Shown here: positions 14,301-26,300 of the stretch, in pieces | How positions within the stretch are numbered: the stretch's first letter is position 1 | Layout: each line of letters begins with the position of its first letter | Assembly: GCA_963575745.1 (NCBI GenBank) | Contig: CAUYUJ010000126.1 | Location: forward strand, 372,001-436,000 | Origin: Prorocentrum cordatum | Taxonomy: Eukaryota | DNA: 64,000 nucleotides | Reading direction: 5' to 3' | Position numbers and translations under genes: made by a program | The notes under the pieces: generated by a model | What the model was told of the DNA's origin: nothing | Databases searched by the model: none | The model's input: the letters and a program-made list of their open reading frames with translations, nothing else

Positions 14301-17300
14301 CTAACCGCGCTGGCGAACGCGCGGACGCGACGCAAGCATGCGCCGTCGCGCGCCTCTGGAGGCGCGCAGCGCGAAGAGAACATGACCGGGCGCGCCTACT
14401 CGCGAAGAATACCGCGCACCGCGACACCCGGGCGCAGCCGGTCACCAAGGGCAAGTGACAACGCACGGGGATATGCATCCCGGAACCGCGCGCTGCGTGG
14501 TTCGCCCGCTCGATTTGTTGCTCGTCGCGGCTTCGCACGACCTGCGCAAGCCGTCATTGCCGGTTGCTGCCCGGCCTATACTGGTCGCGGAGGTGTCTGG
14601 GGCCCGCGCGCCCCGTCGGACGGGGCGCGAAGGCCGCGACCGCGGACGCGTCCGCCGCGCGATGGCGAACGGACGCGCCGCGCGTCGCCCCAGAGGTCAA
14701 CCAAAGCTGCGCCTTGGCAAGCAGAGGAGACACCCTGGGCGGACGCCCTACCCCCAGAGTGCCACGATGGGCAGGTAGGGCGCCACATGCATGACCGGGT
14801 ACTTGATATCCCGCCCCGCGGCCAGGCGGCAGAGTGGAGACGACGCGACCGCGCGCGGAGGTGAGGAGAGCAGGAGAGGACCCCGACGCACGGCCGCGCG
14901 GCATGCGAGCAAGCCCGCGCGGGAGCCAGGCCCGCCCGACGGAACGGCGCGTGGCGGGTGGTCACGCAGCCGCCCGCCGTCGCGCTATGCGACGCCGGCG
15001 GGGCGCTTCCCCCGCCACTGTCGATTTATGACTTGCAATAAAAAGATGTTAGTGCCCCATAATCCTCCCGAACACCAAAAAGTCGCGTTCAAATTGCTCG
15101 CCGACCCCCCTCAGCTTGAGAGTCTTCTTAAATTCCAGGAATTCGCTTTCAAATTCCTCGCCAACTACCCTCTGCTTCAGTATCCAATCGAACTCACGGA
15201 GTTCGCATTCAAATTCCTCGTCAACTCTCCTCAGCTTCAGAGTCCTCTCTAAGTCAAGGAGTTCGCTTTCGAATTCCTCGCCGACCCCCCTCAGCGTCAG
15301 AATCTATGATAATTCCTGGAATTCGCCTCCAAATCCCTCGCCAACTCCCCTCAGCTTAAGAATCACCTCTAACCCGAGGAATTCGCTTTCAAATTCCTCG
15401 CCAACTCCCCTCAGCTTCACATTCCTCTCTAACCTGGCATGTATACGTTACAGACGTATGTCATGTTTGTCTATTTCCACGAGTGCATGGAACGTTTGAT
15501 ATATTTCCGCGCGGGACGCTTAGACCACCGCCCACAGAGAATTCGCAATATTGAACTATACGTCTTCATGTTTTCTCACATGTTCACACGGTTTCCGAAT
15601 TAACCACATGTTTTGGGATATCTACCCTCGCGGAATGCCAGAAGCTCCCGCAGCAAAATTATGGAACCACAGACATGTGAAATGCATCGCTTCATGTGTT
15701 TTATAAATGTCAGATGCTTATTATATGCTTCGATATCTGTCCTCGCGGAATGCCAGGGACCCCCGCCGCAACAACATGAAACAACAACTTGAATCTACGT
15801 GTGTTGGAATGTTCTCGTGATGTGTTGATGTTATGGTGTTGCTATTGTTTGCTACTCTCCCTCTCGGGATGCCACAACTTCCACCAACCAAAACTTTAAA
15901 CAATATCGGAAACATGTGTTGTCACTACGTGTTGTGTTTCAATATGTGTTGCTAGTGTTTGCTATTGTGTGATGTCTTTCCTTTCGGCATGCCAGAAGCT
16001 CCGCCGACCCAAAATATATGACAATAGTTTACACTATACATGTTGCACAGTTGTTTGTTGTTGCTAGATACGTGTGATATTTCTGATGCGTGGAAACCGC
16101 TGTAAACATATGATTGCCTATGTTTTGGTATTTTTCATGATTGTTGAAATAATTGATATTTGTTCGGTCTGCCATAGGCTCCGCCAACCAAATGATCAGC
16201 ATAGCTTGAAGTATATGTTTATCGTGTATATATATGGGTTTATTGACCATGTGTTGCTAACTTTGTTTATTGTGATCATGAGTCGCTTCGTGTGATGCCC
16301 GGAATTTCGCGCGCCAAAGAAATTCCATTGTTGGAGCCTGCTGTCTGAGGCCCGGAGATTATGACCCTTCCCCCTGCATCTCCAGACTCCCTCTGATCCT
16401 CCTGAGCCAATCTCAAATCTGACAGCATGCAGCAGGTCACAAGCAAACAACTCCACCCTCTCCCCCTCATCCTCCTTGTCATCATCCTCCACAGGCTCCG
16501 AGTTGGGGTTTTATTCAACCAATAGGTATTCCCCTTCAACCCCTAAGGACTGTCTGATGAAGTTCCGCCCGCTTGTATACCTGGACGATGGGTCACTCAT
16601 CCTGCGCGATCATCAAAAAATTGGAGAGTGTTACTTCGATCCAGCACAAAGCAGGGGGGGAGGGGGGGGGGGCAATCAGAGCGAGATCTCTTCGTCACCT
16701 CGCTTGGGCTGCGATCCACCCGGGCCCCCTGACAGGGCCCCCTTCCACAGAACTGTCACCAAGCCTGAGCGCCAGGCCAGAGTCACGAGGTCCCTGGGGC
16801 GCCAGGGCACCGTCAACAAAATTCAAACTGTGCCCTGCTGATATTTCCCATATTCTCGTCATCCTCCTCGTCCTCCTCCTCGACATCTAATCCTCGTGCT
16901 CCTCATCCCCACCCGTGTCACCTCGGAGGGCAGTGAGTGGGGGGGCGCGCGCGCCTCTTTCGGCCTCCGATGGTGGTGCCGTTGAGCCTCGGCGGCCAGC
17001 ATGACGAAGACAGCGTCAATGTCAGAGGCAAGAACGGCTGAACAGCGACAGCAACGAAAAGCAGCGAGGGACACGTATCATATATGTATATATATATATA
17101 CATTCTTATGACGAGAGAGATAGAGGAAACAAAACAAAAGAGGCGGAGATATTCATGAGGACGTCATGCCATCAACAGTTCAACACTGCTTCCTTATACA
17201 CTTACGTCAATGCATCCATACATACATGCATACATACAGACAGTCAGACATGTATACATACACGTACACACATACACACATACACACATACACACATACA

Positions 17301-20300
17301 CAATCACATGCACATGCACATACACATGCACATACATACACACACACATACATACATATGTATAGCCCTTCACGTATAGTACATGCGAGCATGTACATAT
17401 ACGAGAGCGCGTGATCCACCGCCGCTTTACTGTGGAACATTCGTCCCCCTCGTCCTCCGGAACCCGGGGTTCCCCACCGCCCCCCCCCTCCCCCGAAAAT
17501 TCCCCCCTGCTCAAAACCCCCCCTCCCCCCCCGCTTCCCCCAGCCCCCCCCCCCTATCCCCTCAACCCCTCTTCTCACCCCCCCCCTCTCCGGAAAACGT
17601 GGGAGGGGGGTCACTACCGGTTCGAACCCCCCACCCCCCCTCCAGGAAACCGGGGGGGTCACTACCTGTTCGACCCCCCCCCATCGCCCCCAGCAAAAGA
17701 CTTGCGGGTCCCCACCACCGTCCTCACCACTGCCCTCACCACTGTCCCCACCACCACCGTCCCCACCACTGTCCCACTGTCCCCACTGTTCCAACCACTG
17801 TCCCCACTGTCCCCACCAATGCCCCTACCACGGTCGCGCTGTCCCCACTATCCCCGCCACTGTCCCCACCGCGGTCCCACTCTCCCAACTGTCCGCACCA
17901 CTGTCCCACTGTCTCCACTGTCCCCACCACTGTCCCACTGTCCCCACTACCCCCGCCGCTGCTCACTATTCCCACCACTGTCCCACTGTCCCACTGTCCC
18001 CACCACTTTCCTCACTGTACACTGTCCCATTGTCCCACCACCGTCCTCACCACCGCCCTCGCCAGATCCCACCATCACCGTCCCCATCACTGTCCCATTG
18101 TCCCCACCACTGTCCCAGTGTCCCCTCACCACTGTCCCCACCACCACCGTCCCCACCATTGTCCCACTGTCCCCACTGTCCCCCCAACTGTCCCACTGTC
18201 CCCACTGTTCCCACCACTGTCCCCACTTTCCCCACCAGTGCCCCCACCACTGTCGCACTGTCCCCACTGTCCCCACCAATGTCCCCACCACGATCCCACT
18301 TTCCCCACTGTCCCCACCACTGTCCCACTGTCCCACTGTTCCCAATGTTCCCACCGTCCCCACCGCTGTCCCACTGTGCTGCCCCACTGTCCCCACTGTT
18401 CCCATCACCGTCCCACTGTCCCCAGTCCCCACCACTCTCCACATTGTAAAATTGTCCCACCACAGTCCTCACCACCGCCCTCACCACTGTCCCCACCACC
18501 ACCGTCCCCACCACTGTTCCACTGCTGTCCCCACCACTGTCCAACTGTCACCATTACCCCCGCCAATGTCCCACTGTCTCCAATCCCCATCACTGTCCCC
18601 ACTGTCCCCGCCAGTGCCCCCACCACTGCCGCACTGCCTCCACTGTTCAAACTAGTAGTGACCCCCCCTTTTCATGATGGACAGGGGGGAGGGGGAAGGA
18701 GGGGGGGGAACCCCCAGTGACGCCCATCGGTTTTCGACAGGGGGGGGGGACGGGGTGGAACCCCCCAGTGACCCTCCCTGGTTTTCTGCCAGCAATTCCA
18801 CACATATGCATATTGTTGCAAAACCGCCTGCCCCCGCTCGCCAGGGATGGAAAGGCGTGCGAAACATTCGGCTGTTCCTTCCCCGTCTCCCCCTCGGCAA
18901 GGGTCCAAAATCGTGTTTGCGGGGGGGGATCCCGGGCTCACAGCGGGGGGGTCGGCCCCCCAACGCACCCTTGGGGCTTCAGGAGCCTCCAAATGTACAC
19001 CCCGCGCCTTCCACGACACCTAAGATGCCACTTCAGCTGGCCTCTAATACGCCGAAGAGTTATTATAATGTATCAAAATGGCTTACAGGCCGCCCACGCT
19101 GCCTCAAAGACGCCCCAACAAGGCTCCATGAGGACCCCTACGATGGCCCCAAGAAACAAAAACCGCCCCACATTTTACAACCCCAAAAACATGCTCACCA
19201 GACTTTTGCGCCTTGAGCGCTTCCAAGGTGGACCACAGGGCTCCCAAGATCGTCCAAAGTTCGGCCCAAGACGGCCCACGCAAATACGACCCAACAAACC
19301 CCGAGAGGCCCAAACTGGCCCCATGGGCTCCCAAGACGGCCAAAGAGAACTCCAATACAGGCCCCCCCCAAAAAATCCGAACTGACATATCGAGCCTTCC
19401 CCCCAAGATGGCCCCGAGAACCCCCCCAGAAGCATCTCCAGCCGCCCCCGCGAGGCCCCAAGAGCCCTCCAAGAGACCCAAGAAACACAACAAACGCCCC
19501 CGTATGCTTCGAAACACGCTCCAAGCGGCTGCCGAGAGGCACCCGACGAGACTCCAACATGCCTCCAAGAGGCGCCCCAAACGCTTTCGAACAAAACACA
19601 CAAGCATTCACAAACCCTCCGAACCACAACCAAAGCTGCGGCGGGACTTACCCCACACACCTGCTGAATTGCCACACGTTTGTCCCATTACGTTCGCCGC
19701 CAGCCTTTTCAAGCTTCTGTCCCCGCACCACTGCTTAAAATTACCTTGGCGACGTACCCAACCCCTGCGCAATTCGGGGCAGGAGTAGCTTGGGAGATTT
19801 GACGAGAAGGCGGCGACGTGACATGGACGCATATACTTCTGCGAGCGGCATTCGGAAGGTTCGCAGGTCCCCAATCAAGGGAAAAACGATGAGTAACTAC
19901 CCTATGCGGATAACTATGCGGATCCCTATCAAAACCTCTCTGGGGATCCATATGCGCGTCCCTTTGCGGATCACTATACGGATCACTATGCGGATGTCTA
20001 TGCGAGCTGCCATGCGGATCCCTATGCGGATCCCTATGTGGATCCCTGTGCGGATCCCTATGCGGATGCCTCTGGGGATCCCTATGCCGATCCCCACGCG
20101 GATACCTCTATGCGGATCCCTATGCAGATCCCTATGCGGATCCCAACAAGGATCCCTGGGAATCACACTGCGGATCCCTATGCGGATCCCGATGGATATC
20201 TCTGTGCGATCCCCATGCGGATCCCTATGCGGATATCTCCGCGGATGCCTATGCGGATCCCTACTCGGGTTCCCATGCGGCTCCATATGCGCACGGCGGT

Positions 20301-23300
20301 AGTGCCGGGAGCGCACTGGGGGCCGGAGCATTACTTTCTGGGGGCGTTCTGGCCAAAGCAATAAAGAAACACGCTAAGGATGGCCCAAGACAGCCCAAGA
20401 GACTCAAAAGACGTCCCCAAGACATCCTCCACGAGGGCCCGAAAAAGCAAAAATTACTGGTTTTCAGGAGGTGTTTGAAGAATTTGGGCATTTGCTTCTT
20501 TTCGGCCTCCCGACAGCCCAAGACGGCCCAAGAGGCCCCCGAGATCGCCCCAAGATTTCCCCAAAGGCCTCCAAGATGACCATGGCCCAAGAAGCCTTCT
20601 CCTCCACGGCCCAGGCACGGTTGTGAGCTGGGCCTATGACCACTGGACCCGCCACCCCTTTCTGCCTGCAAAGTGGTGCACGGCGTGCCGAATCTGCACC
20701 TAGACAGACCTTCCTTTGAAACCTTCCAAACGGACCCCGAATGACTCCGGCTCAACCCGCAAGCCACCCGGAACCATGCGTTAAACCGGCTCGCATCGCC
20801 TTTCCCGCCCGAGATGGCCCCAAAACGGCCATATTGGCCCCATATGGCCTCCATGACGGTGCCAAGACGCCTCCAGGAAGGCCAAGGTGAACCCCAAGGA
20901 GGGCCCACGATGCCACAAAGACGGCCAAAAATGACTCCAACACCACGCGAATGACTGTATGAAATAAACTTGTCCGTCGCCGGGGGCGCTGCCCCAAGGC
21001 GCCTGTAAAGTTTGTACCTTGACGCGCCACCGTGTAAGGGTGTAAGCTTCCCAGCCGCCCTGGAACAGGCGCCCCCGGCAGCGAACAAATACATTGTATA
21101 CCTTTCTTCGCCCATGAAATCACGGCACAAGATGCCCTCCAGATGGCCCGCAAGGAGCTCCAAGAGGGCCCAAGACGAACCTCCAGGCGGGGTGGCGCTG
21201 TGGGGCGGCAGGGGGCGCCGTGTCGGCAGTGCACAACGCATACTGGACGCGGCACGACAGGGCTCCCCTCGGATGCAAAGCAGTTGACTGGTGTAGAACG
21301 CATGGTACCGAATGGTCCTCCTCCTCCTCCTCCTCCTCCTCCTCCCTCCCTCCCTTCCTTCTCCTATTCCGAGAGAGAGAGAGAGAGAAACAGAGAGAGA
21401 GAGAGACAACAAAAAACTCCGACGGTAGGACCCCGCATGTGAATATGTTTAACTTGCCTGGGGATCTCCTCCTCCTGCCCCTCCCTCTCCCACCTACTCC
21501 TGCCTCCTCCTTCTCCTCCTGCCTGCTCCTCCTCCTGCCTCAACCCCTGCCTCCTCCTCCTCCCCCCCACTCCATCATCGACACTGGCCCTCAGAAGACT
21601 CATCCTTTCCTCCTCCTCCTCCTCCTCCTCCTCCTCCTCCTCCTCCTCCTCCTCCTCTTTGTTCCCTATCCCTCTCCCTCCTCCTCCTCCTCCTCTGCCT
21701 CCTCCTCCTCCTCCTCCACTTCTCCTGTAAAGGAACTCCTCCAAGTCGCACCCCGAAGCCACTTTTTAGGGCGGGCGGGGCGTTTCGCCTGAGACTTTCT
21801 CAACACGTATGACTCTGAAGCTTAGCTTAACAAGCGACAACGGTTTCACAGATGGAGGGCGGGTGGTGTTCAAAATGAGGCTCACGCCTTAGCACCGCGC
21901 ACATTCGTTTTAAACCTCTGCCAGAATTTCACGGATTGAGGGCGGGTAATTTTCGATATGTGGTTCTCGCCTTAGCGCCGCGCGCGTTCGCTTTAAACAT
22001 TTGCAAGAGCTTCACGGATTGAGGGCGGGCGGTTTTCAAAATGTGGCTCTCGCCTCAGCGCCGCGCACGTTCGCTTTAAATACTTGCAAGAGCTTCACGG
22101 ATTGAGGGCGGGTCATTTTCAAAATGCGGCTCTCGCCTTAGCGCCGCGCGCATTCGCTTCAAACATTTGCAAGAGTGTCACGGATTGAGGGCGGGTCGTT
22201 TTCAAAATGTGGCTCTCGCCGTAGCGCCGCGCACATTCGTTTTAGCATGTGCAAGAGTGTCACGGATTGAGGGCGGGTCGTTTCCAAAAAGTTGCTCTCG
22301 CCGTAGCGCCGCGCACATTCGTTTTCAAACTTTGCAGGAGTGTCCCAGATTCCCTAGATCAGCGTACAACAAATTGTGTTTGAGAAGGATTCAGGATTAT
22401 GCGGGTGCAACAATTATTTTGACTCGCGGTGCTGAAGTCCCAGAATTGGCCCTCTTGCACGACTCCAGATCGTCAAGACGAAAAAGTCAGCTTGATACGT
22501 GGCGTTGAAATCCCGAGAACAGTTTGCTGGCATGCTTCAGGATCTTCAACCAGTTGTCTTCCAGTTCCGCTACTGGAAATGAACCATTGTGGGGGCCCGT
22601 GGAGAGGAAGCTTGAAGGGAGGGTTACTTCCAACATCGTTCATGACTCTTGGTTTTACACTGGTCCTCCTCCAACTCCTCCTGCTGCCTCCTCCTTATGC
22701 CTCCTGCCTCCTCCTGAGGCCTCCTGGGGCCATCTGGAGCCATCTGGGCCTCCCGGGACCTCGTGGGGCCTCCTAGGGCATTCCTCCTCCTCCTCATCAT
22801 CCTCCTCCTCATCCTCCTTCTCCTCCTCCTCCTCCTCCTCTCCTCCTCATCGTCCTGTTCCCCCTCTGCCTCCGCCTCCTCTTCCTCCTTCTCTTTCTCG
22901 TCCTGCATCCTCCTCCTCCTCCTCCGACCTCCTCCTCCTCCTCCTCCTCCTCCCTCCTCTTCCTTCCTCCTTCCCCCATCCTCCCCCTCCCCCTCCTACC
23001 CGCGCTCCTCCCCTCCCCCTCCACCCCTCCTCCTCTCCTCCCCCTCCCCCTTCCCTCCCCCTCCCCCTCGCCCCTCCCCCCCCCCCTCCGCCCTCCGCCC
23101 CTCCCCGGCCCTCCCCGGCCCCTCCCCCGCCCCTGCCTCCATCCCGTCCCCTCCCCCTCCCCCGGCTCCTTCCCCTTCCTCCTCCTCCAGCCTCCTCTCC
23201 TCCCCCGCCTCCTCCTCCTCCTCCTCCTCCTCCTCCCTCCTCCTCCTCCTCCTCCCTCTCCTCCTCCTCCTCCTCCTCCTCCTCCCCTCCTCCTCCTCCT

Positions 23301-26300
23301 CCTCCTCCTCCTCCTCCTCCTCCCTCCACCTCCTCCGCTCCTCCTCCTCTCCCCTCCTCCTCCTTCCTCCTTCCTCCTCCTCCCTCCCTCCTCCTCCTCC
23401 TCCTCCTCCTCCCCTCCTCCTCCTCCTCCTCCTCCTCCTCCTCCTCTCCTCCTCCTCCCGCCTCCTCCTCCTCCTCCTCCTCCTCCTCCGTCCTCCTCTC
23501 CCCCTCCCCCTCCCCGCTCCCCCTCCCCCTCCCCTCCCCCTCCTCCTCCTCCTCCTCCTCCTCCTCCTCCTCCTCCCTCTCCTCCTCCTCCTCCTCCTCC
23601 TCCTCCTCCACCTTCCTCCCTCACCTCCTCCTCCTCCTCGCCTCCTCCTCCTCCTCCCCTCCTCCTCTCCTCCTCTCCTCCGCCCCCCCGCCTCCTCCCC
23701 CTCCTCCTCACGCCTCCTCATCTCTTCTCCTCCTCCTCCTCCTCCTCCTCCTCCTCCTCCTCCCCCTCCTCCTCCTTAGTCAGCATCATCTTTGGTCGTT
23801 GTAAGGCACCCGTGCATCCTTCTGTACCCGTGAGGGGTTCGGGTCCTTACTTGGAAGGCCTCGATGTTGGGATTTGCGCCTCCGGGCCCTTCCTGGAAGA
23901 CCCAGAAGCACCCATCTTCCTCGATCCAAATAAACTTACAGCACCCCTAACTCCCTTGGTTACAGCGACGAGCGTGGGCTGGGGCGAACCTCATCCCCCA
24001 GCCACGCCGAGGAGGATGAGATTGGGACAACCCCGTCGATTCACGGTATCCCAGCAGCGAGAGCGATCCCCGAGCAGGAGTCCCCCCCCAAACGCGCAGA
24101 GAGGAGTAGTAAGGTTGTCGCAGTAGTTGCCAGGTTGGTAGTGCGCAAGCCATAAGTTATACCGAAGGACAATACAATGCGGTTGTGATGTGATGCTATG
24201 CGACCCGCATTCCAGCCTTCCAGCCCTTATGCCCTATGGCCTATAGGGCGGTCCTCCTCGAGGGCAGGCGTATGGGACACGCAGTCCCAGCTATGGGCCA
24301 TGGGACACACGGCCCTGATAAATTTAATGGGACGCACAGTCCCTGTTAGGGGACACACAGCCCTGGCAAATGGGACGCGCAATCCTGGCAAATGGGACGC
24401 GCAGTCTCGATTATGGGACACACAGATTCGGTTGATGGGACACGCAGTTCCCGCGCATTGGAGGATGTCCCATGCAAGTATGGAAGAGGCGTCTCTTGCC
24501 TGGTATTGCGTTATCTGGTCTCCTCCTCCTACTGCTCCTCTTCCTCCTCCTATTCCTCCTCCTCCTGCTTCTGGCCCCGTCCCCCAGCCACGTCCTGGAG
24601 GGGTAGCCAGGTAGGTTCATGCTTTGACATCTAGATTGGCCGAAAACGGTCCTCCAGCGTTGCGCTTGATCGAAGGGGGGGCAATCTTGTTAACATCTAG
24701 CTTGGCCGAAAACGATCGCCCAGCATTGCGTTTGAGTAGGTTAGCTCGCTCTGAAACAGTCATCCCACGAAGTGGGATAAATCATGCGCAGCCTCATTAG
24801 GACTGAGAGCGTCGCGATGGGGGTGCGGGAGTTATTGTGAAGAGTGTTCCGTAGCTGCTCGGTTCCCTCCTCCTCCCCTTCGCCCTTCCCCTATTCCTTC
24901 ACCTCCTCCTCCTTCTGGCCCCGTCTCCCAGCCACGTCCTGGAGGGGTAGCCAGGTAGGTTCATGCTTTGACATGTTGATAGTTCGCAGACCATTCTAGG
25001 CCGTAACAGGCCTGGGGTTTGAGCAGTAGCACGCGGGCCAGAGGTGGCCGCATCAGGCATGGGGGTGGGGGGCTTACCAGCCACCGTACAAAGGGCCCGC
25101 GTGTAGGCCATGGGTGGCCATAGGCCGTGCAGTGGAGGGCATTGGCGCGAGTGGTGCACAGTATGGGCGTGGTAGTAGGCGCATCTGAGTAAGTGTTGCA
25201 GCCATGGGAGTACGGGGATTGGCACGGGGCAGCTAAGTGTGCTTCACAGTCGTGGTGCGGCCCTCCTCCGGGAAGAGGCCAGGCAATTGTAAACCATCCT
25301 GCTTCACAGCCGTGGGGGGACCTTACTCGTGCATTCCAGGTTACATCCCACTTGAATCAGCATTGCATATCAAACAACATGCACCACGCAATGTAACATG
25401 ATTCAGGGTTGCAGATAATTCAGTGCGTTCTGATGTTTGAATCGGATTTGCAATTGAACATAGCATGCCACCATTGTTAGGGCACGAAGCGGTTGAAGAA
25501 GGGGCGGGTACCGCCACGGTTGTTCACACGTGATCGGATAGGGTATCGCGTATCGAGTGAATGATCATCCATGGCGATCGTGCGCCTAGCGCCTGTACAG
25601 CGTAGGTCCACCACTGCTGCGGTGCCCCTTGGTTGGTTAGAGCATGCGGACGGTGTTGAAAGTGTTTGGGGGGATTACGTCATGAGGCTACGCTTAACAA
25701 AATGGGGTCCCCCCTGCTCGAAAGGGGGGGAACTTTGCTAACATCTAGATTGGCCGAAAACGGTCCTCCAGCGTTGCGCTTGATCGAAGGGGGGGGCAAT
25801 CTTGTTAACATCTAGCTTGGCCGAAAACGATCGCCCAGCATTGCGTTTGAGTAGGTTAGCTATGAAACAGTCATCCCACGAAGTGGGATAAATCATGCGC
25901 AGCCTCATTAGGACTGAGAGCGTCGCGATGGGGGTGCGGGAGTTATTGTGAAGAGTGTTCCGTAGCTGCTCGGTTCCCTCCTCCTCCCCTTCGCCCTTCC
26001 CCTATTCCTTCACCTCCTCCTCCTTCTGGCCCCGTCTCCCAGCCACGTCCTGGAGGGGTAGCCAGGAAGGTTCATGCTTTGACATGTTGATAGTTCGCAG
26101 ACCATTCTAGGCCGTAACAGGCCTGGGGTTTGTCCAGTAGCACGCGGGCCAGAAAAGGCCGCATCAGGCATGGGGGCGGGGGGCTTACCAGCCACCGTAC
26201 AAAGGGCCCGCGTGTAGGCCATGGGTGGCCATAGGCCGTGCAGTGGAGGGCATTGGCGCGAGTGGTGCACAGTATAGGCGTGGTAGTAGGCGCATCTGAA

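Larger units (their letters stand above)
8936..15062 (-). mobile_element. Tyrosine-recombinase (DIRS order) retrotransposon with Ngaro/PAT-type split direct repeats A1-[RT-RH, YR]-B1-A2-B2, degenerate
   Basis: A1 ~14630-15062 matches A2 ~9148-9577; B1 ~9573-9755 matches B2 8936-~9115. CATAA occurs at both termini and at the B1/A2 junction. RT, RNase H and YR remnants lie between. Confidence 0.92.

Noticed and set aside
22400..22650. Coding-like minus-strand stretch (AELEDNWLKILKHASKLFSG)
   Set aside because: Too short, ends in a stop and has no recognisable family.
22524..23804. Long Pro/Ser/Leu or Gly/Glu/Arg ORFs (also 33976-35648, 40697-42435, 17383-18720)
   Set aside because: These are translations of microsatellites or minisatellites, open in several frames, with no protein features.
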